Positions 1-13,223 of a stretch of DNA of 64,000 bases are shown in pieces. A model generated the notes under the pieces. That model did not search any database and had not been told where the DNA came from. It saw only the letters and a list, made by a program, of their open reading frames with translations. Position numbers and translations under genes: made by a program. How positions within the stretch are numbered: the stretch's first letter is position 1; each line of letters starts with the position of its first letter. The stretch spans positions 1,116,001-1,180,000 of the forward strand of contig CM039001.1 in the NCBI GenBank assembly GCA_017499595.2. The letters are read 5' to 3'. This DNA comes from Psilocybe cubensis. Its lineage: Eukaryota.

Positions 1-357
1 AAACAGACATTCTGTGAGAAAGGAACCCGATTTTTACAAGTCCCTTACCATGATCCCATGAATAGATGGATCTTCATTGGCCTCGATGATGGCTTCCTCC
101 ACACCCTCTCCTTCTCCAAGATCGGGCGATGCAGCCGCACCAACTTTTTTTAATACAAAGTTGACGCCTAGCTCATCGCATTGCTTTCTAGTAAACTCAG
201 CATAATTGCTGCTCGGAGCGGCGGTGGTCGCCAAAATCCCAACGAGCTTCGGAGGACGCGAACAAGCTGCCAAAGACGACTTGACCTCGTCGCGAAACGC
301 AGCAGTGATGGGGTCCGCTTTGAGCAGAAGGCCTTTCCTGGCGACAGCTGTGACCAT
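1..357 (-). CDS. MTD1: NAD-dependent methylenetetrahydrofolate dehydrogenase, 5' part (gene continues off the left edge)
   Basis: ATG at 357; MVTAVARKGLLLKADPI...PPKLVGILA...YAEFTRKQC...VEEAIIEANEDPSIHGIMV matches the Mtd1 N-terminus; GTAAGG donor at 48. Confidence 0.85.
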
Positions 358-887
358 CTTGTCGAGAGATAGGTAGATACGTGAATACAGCAACAGTGCA
401 GCAGATTTGGATGAATCCGATTTTAATGAATAGGTTGTGCTAAGTTTGGAAAGCCATGGCTCTGTCCAAATTTTCCTTCTTCCATCTAATCTAATCTCTA
501 ACTAGCACCGCCACTGCGTCATCATTCGCATAGATGTGGGGACAGGGGCTCAACGGCAGAGAAAAGTTCGACCCTGATCCCCAAGTTGCTGCGGGTAGTA
601 GGTCGTGTAGATGGCGCCGCAACCATCGATATCAAGGCCCCATGATCTTAAGGAAAACTCATTGTTATATCGACAGAAAGGATCAACCATGTTTTAAAAG
701 TCATTTATTGCTGAGCTGGGTTTTCAAGGAATGTACTTGAATGCAAGCGTTGTCCAGAAAATGAGATAAACTACTGTACAAATATTCCAACGCAAGTAAG
801 ATGATGGCGAACGTAATGAAAGACAAATCGCCAAAACGAAGTACTCGACGGAGCACATTGATGACAAGACAAACCATGGGCATTCGT

Positions 888-1909
888 TTATGCGCCTGAG
901 TGATGGCTGAACCCGTTGACCTTGACATTGCCGTCTTGGGGAACATCAGAGGCATCGGTTCCACTCTCGTTCATGCTATCTGATTCATCTGGATCGACCT
1001 GATTGCGGATACTCGGAAGAGGAGGAATCGGTGGAATCTCGGACTCTTCGTCCTCGTCGTCGGCCATCAGTGCAGCTGCGCGCTGAACATAATATTAATA
1101 TCATACACAATGCAACCGATAATCGGTGAATCATACCTTCATCGCTTCTGCTTCATTAGAATAATGCCTTCCACGAGCACGAACGAAGTCCGCATGTTTG
1201 GCAGCAGCTAAGACACTCTTAGTACACGTTGAGTAAAGATGCAAGAGCAAGTTCTCACTTTCTTCGTCCATTTCCTCTTCAAATTCGACCTCGCCACCTG
1301 GCGATCTCGAATCTGCCCTAATTGCAATACGGGCGTCATTCGGCAAGTTAAAGCTTGTGCTCCTGCTGGAAGTGCCACTCCCTGATCTTCCAGACATTGA
1401 GGTTCCAGGACGGCCGTTGCTTGAGATAGATGTCCTGCGAGAAGATGGGCCAGAAGTGTCTGCGCCAGTTGGTGAGACAGACATGGTTGGGGACTCGGGA
1501 TGATGATCATGTAGGGGGGACGACGCCGAATACCCCAAGTCGAGGTTCGGGATGTCTAAAAGAATAGTTAGAGATGTCACAGATTCGACAGAGACCATCA
1601 TCACCTCCTTCGATTTCATCGGTTTCAGCGTTATAGCGAACATAAGGCGTTTTGGGCTCAGTAATCTTCATCAAACTGTCCTTCCCAATTTCAGTCAAAG
1701 CAAGATTCTCCTCGTCCCATTGCAAGCTGCTGCAAATGAAGTCAAGATTGACCAGGTAAATCTGCAATACTAGATGAAATATAGATTGAAACTCACTGTC
1801 CGCCAGTGTTTGAAGATTGAGGTGTGTTTTTTAGGATTCCCTTGGGTTTGGGGAGAGACGCAGAACGAGGAAGAGGAGCAACGGGACGTTCTTCGAAAAC
1901 TTCAGACAT
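888..1909 (-). CDS. GLC8: Protein phosphatase 1 inhibitor-2 (IPP-2/Glc8 family)
   Basis: Spliced exons give [26 protein letters not shown] and [16 protein letters not shown], the hallmark inhibitor-2 motifs; TAA at 888-890. Confidence 0.85.
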
Positions 1910-2242
1910 GAGAGCAAATAGTGGCGGTGGGGTTGAGATGCAAAACCGATAGAACACTTAAAGGTACAAGTTCAAACGCGGCGGCTTTAAGCTTAAGTGT
2001 CTTCGAGGTCTGCCCTTTATGGAAACAATTGTCGACACAGCGTATGACGCGTGGTCCCCCACTGACATAGTAACATACAGCAACACATTTATAACTCAAC
2101 TAGTCCCAAGAGAATAATGTTGGACAAAATGCACTACAGCATAATGTGATTTGTATATATTGTATGGTATAGATTTTGCAATATATTGTCATAATGCAGA
2201 TACACAGGCTGGCAAACATTAGCAATTCTTTTGAAGATTTCT

Positions 2243-3335
2243 TCAACTTCGGAGGGTATTGTAGAGGCGATCCCCCTATTAAATACATTCATCAATCCAA
2301 TGCACAGGAACCAAAGAGTCGCTGCCTACTCACTGAATCACCGAGGCCTGGACTGATGATTCCTTCCGAAGTCAACTCATTGTCAACACCTGCAACCCAG
2401 ATCTAACGGATTATATGAGAAATAACACGCGGCGCACACAACATGGGAACCTGCCTCGAGATCTGGAAATTGGGCATGAACGTTCTTCAGCCCAACTTCG
2501 GACGCAAGTACGGAGAGCAATTTCACATTCTTGCCTACCATCTTTGGTGAACAATTGCTGCAGACGAACAAGTACCAACAACACTCACATGGAACACCCC
2601 AGTCAGCAATCATCGTAATTGCAGCAATCGCGGTGCCTCCTGTCGCGATTAGTGGATCAAGAATAAATACTTGATCGACGGGAACAGTGGATGGAAGCTT
2701 GGAATAATCTAAGGAAATGTTCAGATGCGTGCCATCCAGCTGCATCGTGGGCCTTACATTCCACAGGTTGCAGAGTGACTTTCTCCCGGTAGATACCCAG
2801 ATGATAAACAGGGGCTGTACTATACCAAGAACTGATTTAGATTTCGTTGAGTATATTTGAGGGTTTTGCCTTACGGGAAGAGTTTCAACTAGTACATGTG
2901 GGGTGTCAAATTTCAGAGATAGAGCCAGAGTTGAATTGTAGAAACAAATCATACCAGTGCATCTGTCATTCCCAGTCCTGCCCGCAGTATAGGCGTCAAT
3001 CCGATGCGGGGCTTAATTTTGCTGCCAGTGAAATTTGCGACGGGAGTTTGCTATGTTCATATCTTCAAATAAGACAGGTGGGGGTATAAAATTGTGTAGT
3101 GATGAGGCGTACACCATTGAACGAGATTTCTTCCAATGTCCGAGTTGCCTCATACCCCAAAAGTAGACTGATCGTCTCAACTCCCTACAAGAAATCGATG
3201 ATCAATGGCCATTTTGTTGCTTTAATGCGTACATACTTCACGGAATTCTTTGGCACTTGTTGATTCTTGTCGAAGCTTCGAGAGCTCGGCGTTGACGAGT
3301 GGGTGGTTCAGGATGTTCAACTTGCTGGCTGCCAT
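2243..3335 (-). CDS. FUR1: Uracil phosphoribosyltransferase
   Basis: HPLVNAELSKLR, PILRAGLGM, PRPP-binding ILDPLIATGGT, C-terminal SPGLGDS/GDRLYNT; multiple GT-AG introns. Confidence 0.88.
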
Positions 3336-3625
3336 TGGTACCAAATATGCAACGTACAAAATGTGGGTGTCTGTCAACTGAAGGGGGTCGGGAGAAGACT
3401 GCCGTTCAAGCACAAGGGTTTTCTTGTTCGGAACGGCCCTGTCGCCTCGTTTCCCCCCTAATTCACATCAATGTATCAGGTGAACCGAGGCAAGGCAAGC
3501 ATTCGTCATTAACGGAAGATAACCAAAGATAGTGTCCATCCTTGCGATCGGCTACAACGCTCGCCAAATGGTCTTATCTTATCTGAAATTTATGTACGAA
3601 TAGCACCAAATATTACTGTTACTCG

Positions 3626-5028
3626 TCATCGCCGCTTGTATTCGCAAGGTTTCAATAATCTACCCTTTGAAATAAGCTTATTCCACTCGCTTTCACTTTT
3701 ATTTACACGAGGAACTTTCACGAACTCAAACAAAGTAAAGTGCGAGGACCGTGAGTCATCCTAATAATAATGTTGATTTCCAATAATCGAATTATATCAA
3801 CAAAAAAACATACAATGTTCTTTAGCCGGAATCCAATGGAACCAAGCAAGTTTTGGAATTGCTCAATATCTGTAAATCGACTTGTGACTTCAGCAATATG
3901 CAGCTCGCCCCTACAAAGATAATGAGGGTCGAATTTAAACCGAATTGAAGAAATGAAAGGCTTACCCTGGCTTCAAAATTCTCCAAGCCTCACGGACAGA
4001 GTTAAGCCAATTGACGCCCATCAAGCTCAGCGCAAAGACAACAACATCGACGACCTGACCCTCCCCTGAAGATTGCTCGTCTCCAGACCCCTCCGATCCC
4101 GGTAGAGGTATTTTGGTGCAAACATCGGCCTCCACGACGTATTTATTATCGGATACCAGATCGAATGATAGCACGGACAAGCCTTTGGGAAGAAGCTCTT
4201 TTGCAAGAGCCGCATCACCACAACCAAGGTCCGCAATAATGGTCTTTGGTGGATAGGAAGAAAAAAGGGAAGCATAGTGCTCCACAGGGTTTGTAGGCCA
4301 CGATAAAACTTGATGGCGGAAGCCTGTATGGTACTGAAATTTTGTAAATTTTGTGAACGTGTGGTAAGAAAGCTCAAACTTACTTCTTCAAAAACTTGAG
4401 GATCTTCCCGCATCAGTTGATGCGCTGTTTGGCTATCTGACTTGTATAAGTTCTCGTTGATAAGCCTATTATGGACAAATCAGCATATTCTCTAGTGATA
4501 GTTCACGTAGACAAACCTAAACCGCGCACCGTCCAGCTTGTCCCTCATCGCCTTCTGTAAGGCAGTTAGCCCAGTTTTCGAAGACTCATTCTCCTGAATA
4601 GGAATTGTTTTGGGCTTCGAAGGAGAGGAGTCGATATTCGATTTTGATTTAGCCTTTTTGTCCTTCACAGAGTGCACGTCTGTATGTTGTCCTGCTTTCT
4701 TTGACTTAGGAGGAGCCGCCTTCGTTTTTTCAATAGGCTTGATTGCTTGCTGTTCACTAATGTGATCCGTAGTAGAGCCAATGTGTTTACGTTTTTGCTT
4801 CTTCGTCGGTGGTTTATCCTGAAGTTTTGGGGTGATCCCTTTGCCTTTTTGCGTCTGTTCGGGATAAGAGTCGGCCAGTTTTGACATAAGCTTCTCTACG
4901 TTAATAGAAGCTGTTTCAATACTTCGAGTCTGGTCATTTGGGCGCTTGCGTTTTTTCGACAGTTGTAAGGATTGTTCACGGACTGGGGCAGCTGGCACCG
5001 TCCATCCGGGCACAGAAAATAGAGACAT
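3626..5028 (-). CDS. RRP8: 25S rRNA m1A methyltransferase Rrp8
   Basis: Lys-rich N-terminus, KLDGARFR, SAM motif IADLGCGDA, ALSLMGVNW, C-terminal KPCEYKRR*. Confidence 0.92.
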
Positions 5029-5180
5029 TGTTAATAGGCTTTGCTTGCGCTTAGAGAGATATTATTGCTTTATACTGGGACGGATCGTAACGGGATGGCA
5101 AAGAAGACGGTGGGAGGTGAGGAAGTTAGTTCAGCGGGACGCGGTCGCGGCAAGGTGATCCACTGCGAGCTTAAAATGAA

Positions 5181-5188
5181 TCACGTGA
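5181..5188. promoter_or_regulatory. Palindromic E-box TCACGTGA (bHLH/Cbf1-type site) in the RRP8 / ATPase divergent promoter
   Basis: Exact TCACGTGA in intergenic DNA; function inferred. Confidence 0.4.
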
Positions 5189-5589
5189 CTGTCACTGAAC
5201 TTGGAAGGCGTTCAATACGCGTACCCTAGACGAAGACCCTCTGCGTCTTTTGCTACTTTCGGTTTCGGTCTGTACGTGATGTGGAGTGAATACCACCAAT
5301 CAAAGCCATGATATCTACGGCGATGCTGCAAGTAAATTTGGGGTCTCATCAGGTGTGTAATTTTGGCATCAGTAATTTATGAGTTCTCTAATTCCAGCCT
5401 CGAAGTATATGCCTCATGCTGAAAAGGAATGACAACGTAATTCCTCATGCATTCTCAGTTCCTACCATCTGATTAAAAAACTTGCTCAGCACGGTCGCAC
5501 CTCCGATATAAAAAGGTTCGCAACTCTACCTGTGCCCACCTGGAGCAAATCGTAGAACGGTTTCCGACCCCATACACTGCATTGTTATC

Positions 5590-7564
5590 ATGGCGCCTAA
5601 AAGCAAATCAGTTATCCATAACGTCGATGATCTCTCCGATTCTCCTGTATGAACCCAAGTCTTTCATCACTGTGTCAGGCGCTAACCCCACTTTCTTTCC
5701 AAGGGCCACGAAGAATGGCAACTATTGGAAGAATCCGAATCATCCGAATCAGAAATCGAAGATCAAGACGTTATATCTAAACACGATTTAGCAACAGCAC
5801 CTTTAATGACGCGTGAGGCACATTTGCTTACTGTACAGAATGGAGGTGTCGCGCAGTATGGTGTCCTCGGAAGGATACTGTCCATCCAGTATGATATCGT
5901 GTTCCCAACATTGATAAAAAATAGCTTATATTCTTTTAAGGGATAAGGATAAAACCGAAAACATCAATGACCAGCGCTTGTACCTAAATACGGTTCGTGA
6001 GGATGATATACATTATTACCAATTCATTGACCTCTCATTGTAGAACGCGCCTTTCTCTGCGATTGTGTGTGGAGTGCAGGGTATGGATACCGATGCATCA
6101 TAAGTTAAACTGCTGATTGTCCTACAGGATCAGGAAAGTCGCACACAGTTTCGGCTATTTTGGAGAACATGATGATATCCAACTTTCCCGCTATTGGCTC
6201 GCTGGCCAAACCTTTATCTGGTTTGGTACTACACTACGGAGAGGGTGGAGTTAACTCTCTCCCCAATGAAACAGCTTGGCTTTCATCTTCCATTTCATCC
6301 TTTGTCAAGGGTCCACCAGTTGTGGTTTATGTGTCGCGCTCCTCCTTGCAGACCATGCGAACAGTTTACCGACCTCTGGGAGCAAAGATTTTAGTGGAAC
6401 CTCTTGTATTTGAAAACTCGGAACTGGATTCTGCAGCCATCCTCTCTATGATGGCTGTTGGCTCTGTGGACTCTGCGCCATTATATATGCAAATCATATT
6501 GGTAAAGTAAATTTATTCATATCAGCATTTTCATAATCTCTGATACACCCAAAATAGTCAATCCTGCGCGACCTTGGGGAGAACTTTACCTTTTCATCGT
6601 TCTTACAAAATCTTGAAATACATAAACAAAAGTTTAACCCAGCACAGCTCACAGGTTTAGAGCAACGGTTGTCATTGCTCTCTGCGTTTTTAGCGGATCC
6701 AAATTTGACCACGTTCTCTAAGAAAAAAGCGCCAATGACAACTCCCAAAGTCAAACCGTCTCGATTTCAACCAGGTCAACTTACAATCATTGACTTGTCA
6801 GACCCATTCTTGGACACTGCGTCGGCTTGCGGCTTATTTGAGATTCTCGTCCGTCTTTTTGTCCGAGCTAATGTGGGGACTGGCAAAGTTCTAGTTGTCG
6901 ATGAAGCTCATAAAGTTTGTCTTCATTTCTGGGCGGAAATGTCTGACTAACCAATGCCACGACAGTATTTATCTTCAGAAAGGTCATCTACAGGACTAAC
7001 AAAATCTCTCCTGGGTCTGATTCGACAGCAAAGACATCTCGCAATGCGAGTTATTATAAGTACCCAAGGTAAGTGCAAAGACAAATGACTGTATTTAGAG
7101 TCACTAAAGACGGAGTGTAACTAGAGCCGACTGTTGTCCCACCGGTGCTCTTGGACCTGTGTTCTGTGGCCATCCTCCATCGATTTTCGTCTCCTACCTG
7201 GTGGCATCACTTAATCCAGCATGTCCCCACCGACTTCTCACACAGTGATGCTTTTGACAAAGTCGTTAAGTTACAAGTATGTGCTTCATCCAATCTTGTT
7301 TGGGCTTCGTTTTTTGATTATCTGCGTATATACAAAAACCAGACTGGCCATGCGATTGTCCTGGCACCATCTGGAATTGGTTTGTTTGATCTGTCAAAGG
7401 ATGCATCGAGGAAAGGGAAGGAGAAAGTTCCTGAACAATTCACTGAAGATGGGATTGGTGCAAAGGTGTTAGCAAGATTTGGACGTCGTTACCTTATCGT
7501 CAAAACCAGAAAAAGGGTAACCGCAGATGGCGGTGCATCCATTCTGGTCGTTGGCAAGCCATAA
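5590..7564 (+). CDS. P-loop ATPase of the FtsK-HerA/VirB4-like superfamily, function unknown
   Basis: TATAAAAA at 5507; Walker A GVQG|SGKS split by an intron; Walker B VLVVDEAH; LIRQQRH...ISTQ motif; AILHRFSSP; reading frame stays open across the predicted introns. Confidence 0.75.
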
Positions 7565-7740
7565 ATTTCCCTTCAAGAGATGCGCTCACTTGACTTGTAA
7601 TACTGAGCATGACTGTGGCCTGTATGTCTGTCTATCTGTCCTTTATAACTTCTTGGCCTCCCTTCTTGTAATACACCCAATCTGTTTGAACTTGCAAATT
7701 TATTGATACTTTGAATAAATTCCAATATATTTGGTGGGCA

Positions 7741-8203
7741 TCAGTAAACAAACCATCCCTCTACTGTGGCTTTGTTTATGGCACTTTCCCAACCTTGCTG
7801 GTTTACCCACTCCATGATGCTCTCGATCTCATTTTTCCCTAGACGAAGTCCGTTATAAATATGTGGGTACATGTCTTCTTCTCCCACTCCTCCAGGAGCT
7901 TTAAAAATGTCAAAAATGAGTTATATATCGATGTAAACAACTCAAGAATGATTCCATACTTCTTCCTTTACTATTTTCCCATTTGACAACACTTTCTACG
8001 TCCTTGTAGACGATTCTTAGGATAAATACACGTTCTTCATCGGCGAAGAATCTCTTCAAGGTCCCAGGAATTTGCAATGCCGTCGAAAGGTGGAGGAATC
8101 CGTCATTCTTGTCGAGATCGCTGACTGGGAGGGCCTCTGGCAAAAGGTCAGGCGGGGGAGTCGAAGCGGGAACAATCTTGTAAATGTAAGTAGGAGCGAC
8201 CAT
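7741..8203 (-). CDS. DUF952 family protein
   Basis: YIYKI...SDLDKNDGFLHLSTALQIPGTLKRFF...VKWE, one intron, then MYPHIYNGLRLG; these are DUF952 motifs. Confidence 0.85.
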
Positions 8204-8509
8204 GGTAGATATTCAGAATTCCTGGATTACGTATATAAACAGGTGAATTCACCCATTGAACCTTGGAGACAAACCTGACGAAGCAAAGGCGACTGATGAA
8301 ATGGAAGATGATAGTTCGATCAAAAGAGCGATTTATAGAACATTTATTTCCAATTTCAGCCTCAACTATTCTACGGTCGGTACTTTGTGGCACGGCAGCG
8401 ACAGGCAGCAATCAGATTAATCATGATAAGAAACTACATCGAGAAATATATCTCGAGAATATGCAAACGGTAGACAATCATTTAACTGTTGGGATATAAT
8501 ATACCTTGA

Positions 8510-11500
8510 TTATACCTCGGCGATCACCAAATCTCTAAGGATAGGGCGCCCTTTTAATACTCCTCCAGCCGAACTCTTCAAGGAACGAGTGTCGTCCAAT
8601 TTGACTTTCTTTGTTGGGTGACCTTCGGTACCGACAGTTTGCTCTGGTAAGATATTTTCATCCGATTGGCGTCCGTCTCTCTTCGCCAACACCTTGGTGC
8701 AACCACCTAAAATCCTTGCATGAGCTGTGTGCGCATTGGATGGCAGCCGTTGAATCCATCTCTGCGTTTCCATTAGTTCAAAAAACTGCCCTAGAAGAGG
8801 TTCGCGTTCCAGAGTCTTTCTTGAGCCAAAAATGACCAGTTTGCTTCTCGCACGAGTGAAAGATACATTTATTCTCCGCCAATCTTTAACGAGGTCACCA
8901 ACCTAATGCAATAGAAACATGATCAACGACAGTATGAAACAACGAAACTTCTAGTACATACATTGCCCTCGTTATTTGACCTGACGAGTGAGACAATGAC
9001 GCAGTCTTTATCTCGTCCTTGACTTTTATCTGCTGTGAGAACTTCTACGCCCTTTCTTTCCTGTAGTAGATTCTGCAAGATCTTGACTTGTTGCCTATAC
9101 AGTGAGATAACGCCAATCTGCGATTCATCCACTCCACAACGAATTAATGTCTCGATAAATTGGCAGACAAGCTCGGCCTCTGTCGTGTTTTGGACCAAAT
9201 CTCCTACCCTCGATTCGTGAGCAGGAAGGTTGTCTGTATCGACAAATACCGCTTTACATCTAAAAGCCAAGCCATTGTCAAAGTAAATCAGTGTCATCAG
9301 TATGTTATGAATTGCTATATATACCTCTCATCGCACAGCTTTTCTAACCAACAAACATCCGCACCTCGGCATAACACCTTGTTCGATGAATTTTCAATAT
9401 GCGCCGAGTCGTCGTTATGTGCGTTAACATGCAACCTTCCCAGGAACCTTTTGTTTCTCAAAACCAAGCTCCGTTTTGCCACTTCGTCATTTCCACACTG
9501 GAGGCGATCGTTGTAGATCAGTTTATTAGACAGCATCATGATATCTTCGTTCATTCGATATTGGAACCGTAAATCCACCACTGATTCCGGGTACGCTTCA
9601 GACAGACGACGGAACAGAGATACATCCAGACCACCTTTACGGGCATCGGGATTTTTGACCTGAAAAGGGTTGCATGTTTAGATAGCCAGAAAAAATAGAC
9701 TACTAGCTTACAAGAGGGGGTAGCTGAAAGTGATCCCCAACTAAGACAAATACATCTGCAAATTTCAAAGGCCCAAGGCAGGTAGGGAGTGTGATCTGAG
9801 ATGCTTCATCAACTATACAGTAGTCGAACTTGCGGCGAGAGAACAACGGGCTATAAAAGGTTCAGAAAAACAAAGCAACCACAACCAACTATATACGCAC
9901 TTATCAAGCGAAAGACAGGTTGTTGCAACAACAGGTGCATCCATTAATTGCTTCTCGAGTTGTCCGACCGTAGTTGCCATCCTTCGAGCTACAGGACTAA
10001 ATTTTTGTAGCTCGGGGTGAATCTGGGTTAAAAAAAAACCGCTCAGCACCCACATCCCAACATCATTTATTGATAAGAACTAAACCGAACCTTATCCACA
10101 TTTCCGAGCCTTAAGATATTGAATGCACCACCCTTTGCATCCAGTGTCCTCCCATCACCGCCGCTAACTTTCCTCAGAATCGTATCCACGGCAGAGTGAG
10201 TATAGGAGCTTAGTAGGACCGTCTTTCCTCGTGCAACAAATTCCCGAATTAGAGCAGCAATCACTGTCGTTTTGCCAGTACCAGGCATACCCAATATAAG
10301 AGCGTAGTCCTCTGCTGAGAGAACCTTATCCATAGCGTCCAGCTGAGATGTGTTTAGCTGAAGGTCACTCTCCAAGGCCGACTTGGAGTGTAATTGTCTG
10401 GAGACCTTGACGAACTCGTCGTTCGACTTGAAAACTGGTTTTCGAAGGTCTACGACTAGTTCCAACCGCTTTGCATCGCCATCCACATAAAATAGCTGAG
10501 CTAAATTATTCCTCACCCTCGTCATTCCTCCCATGAGCTCGTCTTTGTCGATCCGAAAAATGACATTGGTATCTTCCATGGTTGATATTGCCTGCGTAGA
10601 ATTGTAGGGGGAGGGCAGTGCCTCTCGCCCAAGTCTTGCCTTGATCCCCGGAATGTTCAAGACATGGTCCACACCTACTACAACACTATCGTGTTCTAGT
10701 TCCAGAATAAATCCTCGAGCCAGAGCTATAAGCCGTGGCTCCACAGAAACCGTTATAGCGTCCCCGACAGTTAGGTGTCCATTTATTAGAGTTGCCGAGG
10801 GCCTTGATTTACGGAAGACGTAGGTAAATCGGTGTATTTTTCTTTCCTTTCCGCTGGGTATCGAGTCTTTGTCTTCCAAATTGTCTAGTCGATCGCCAAC
10901 TAAAATCATCTCACTGAAGCACCTCCCCCTTTTCTCCCTTTCCGCTGCCCCTAGTGTCCATAGCTCTCTTTTAAATCGTACCAAATCTTTCTCTTCCAGT
11001 GCCAATAACCTTTCCCATTCCGTGAAGAATTTTGTATGTGTTGGCGTCAAATGACCGGTTTTTGCATCAAAAGTGGACGAGAGGAATGTCGGTATCGGCG
11101 GTTCAAAAGAAGTGGATGACGAATCAGAATGGTGCGGGCGAGCCTTACGAAAGAGCATACAGGCGTCGAGCGCATAACATCGTTTGCATTCCCTTTCATC
11201 GTCAATAGGTGCGGGTAAGAAATACTCTTCCTCTTGCTCGCATTCATGATCCGGAGGGCCCTGTGTTCTAGGCTCGACTTTGCGTATCCTTCTCCACATA
11301 TATGCAGCGAGCTCATTCCGGATATTGACAAGGCCTCTGATTTCATTTCGTCCTCTTGGAATCCTAACAATTTCTCCGTTCTCACTCTGACTATAAAATA
11401 GCAGACCGTCTTGAACGTGCGTTCCATAACGTTCGCTAAGTAGAATCGTATACAACATTGTTTGAGCACGATGCCCCATGCTAGCTAGTATGCGCCCAGT

Positions 11501-12854
11501 TTTGAGTTCGAGGGGAAGTGGGGTTTTTGTGACTACTCGAGACTTGAAAGGTGAGGGAGATGGATCGGAGATGGTCCCAAGTACCGTGGCATCGACCTTG
11601 CCTTTGATACCATATGTAGGTGACCATATGTCTTCTTCAATTTCAAGAATATCTGTGATGGCCAAGAGAGACGGTTCATTGAATGCCGCAGACTGTGTGT
11701 TTGTTAACTCAGCTGTGGACTGTTAGAGAAAAGAACATTAAGATATTTCTCGTCCAATGGTAAATCAATCACTGACTTTGGGCTGGGCGGCGAGGTATTT
11801 GTCTGCAAAGTGCGGAAGTCCTTTCGCCCGATCTTTTACTTCTCTTTTGGCGATGCCTTCTGAAAGACCAAGTTTGACCAGGTCTCCTAGGTTTCCCATA
11901 ATTGCATCGTCAATGCAAGAATTGATGAAATCCTCTTCCCAACGTTGTTCTAACAAACATTTTTGCATAACTTCGTGCAGCATGTTCCCCCATATCAAAG
12001 CCGGTGTAATCTCGGTCGTTGAACGTAACATGTTCGACAGCAAAGGTCTGCGTCTACATTGGGGTGCGCTCGACAGGGCAGTGGCAGTTATCAGGACGTC
12101 CGGATGGAGAATAAGAAGATTTGATCGTGAAGTTATATATATGGAACGTGTATTCGAGGAGGACGAGCCTGAGAAGGCTCCAATCACATTCAGTATGTCA
12201 TCTAAGAAGAAACACGCAAGTCAGTCCCAGATAATACATGAATCATGTTTGAGAAAGCGAAGAATGCATAATGAAGATGAGACTGGCATACCTATACGAA
12301 TGTCGGTGTGATACCAGTCGTCCAGTAAGTGTATTTCGGCGCGGTCACCGTCTGCTAGTACGTTCGCAACTACTATCTACCAGGCAGAGTTGAAATCAAC
12401 ATCGAAATTGTGTGAAATAACAATGTAAAAGGTACCTTCTCCCACCTGCTATCAACATAAGTTTCCGTGACTGATTCAACAACACATCGTGTGCATTCGT
12501 CCGGGATGTAGAGAGGTGGCTTCTATCATAAAATAAGCAGAAAGACGCGTATGAAATCTCAAAGCATACCTTCGTATTTTGTGGGCTCTGGTTAAATTCG
12601 AGCCTTGGAATAGGCCGCGGTATACTCGCGTTGGACTTTTCTTGAGGAGGTTTCACTGGACTAGGGACGAAATCGTCAAGATCCCAATTCTCAGAATTCT
12701 CGAGAAACGCGGTAATGTTGTGGTCATCGGTGGTCGCAACTTTCTTTTTGGAGGGCGAAGGATCTGGAGAGGGTCCTGCCGTCCAGAAGTCGTCATCGAT
12801 GCCCTGCATCAGTTGTGCCATGAATGCAGCTTCTTCCTCCACTGTTGGTGCCAT
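8510..12854 (-). CDS. DNA2: DNA replication helicase/nuclease Dna2
   Basis: [20 protein letters not shown]; nuclease motifs [26 protein letters not shown]; Fe-S cysteines [39 protein letters not shown]. Confidence 0.96.
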
Positions 12855-12890
12855 TGTGGTCTTTGTTGAAGTTGTTATTTAGACTTATTG

Positions 12891-12930
12891 ACGCGTTCGT
12901 GAACGTTCATGGACGCGTTTGTCGACGCGT
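12891..12930. promoter_or_regulatory. Three MluI cell-cycle boxes (ACGCGT) upstream of DNA2
   Basis: ACGCGT at 12891, 12913 and 12925, 37-76 bp upstream of the DNA2 ATG. Confidence 0.7.
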
Positions 12931-13223
12931 TCATTCTTTTGATCGGATGCTATGCCATCAACCACACCCCAGCCCACGCCACCCCTCGGGTATAACATTT
13001 TTATTATTGATGTATTTATAGTAGCTCAGTGTTTAGAGTTCGAATAAAGGATAAAAGTACATGGTTCTTCCTATCGGTTTCGTGTTCGATCTTTCAAGAT
13101 GATCACAAAAGAAATGTGAATGTGAATAAACATGATCCAACCTGAAAATAGTGCACATTGTAGTATTTCTCCACAATGGCGCAGGCTTCAAGTCCAGCCC
13201 TTCCAGACTCAATATTTCTGCGC

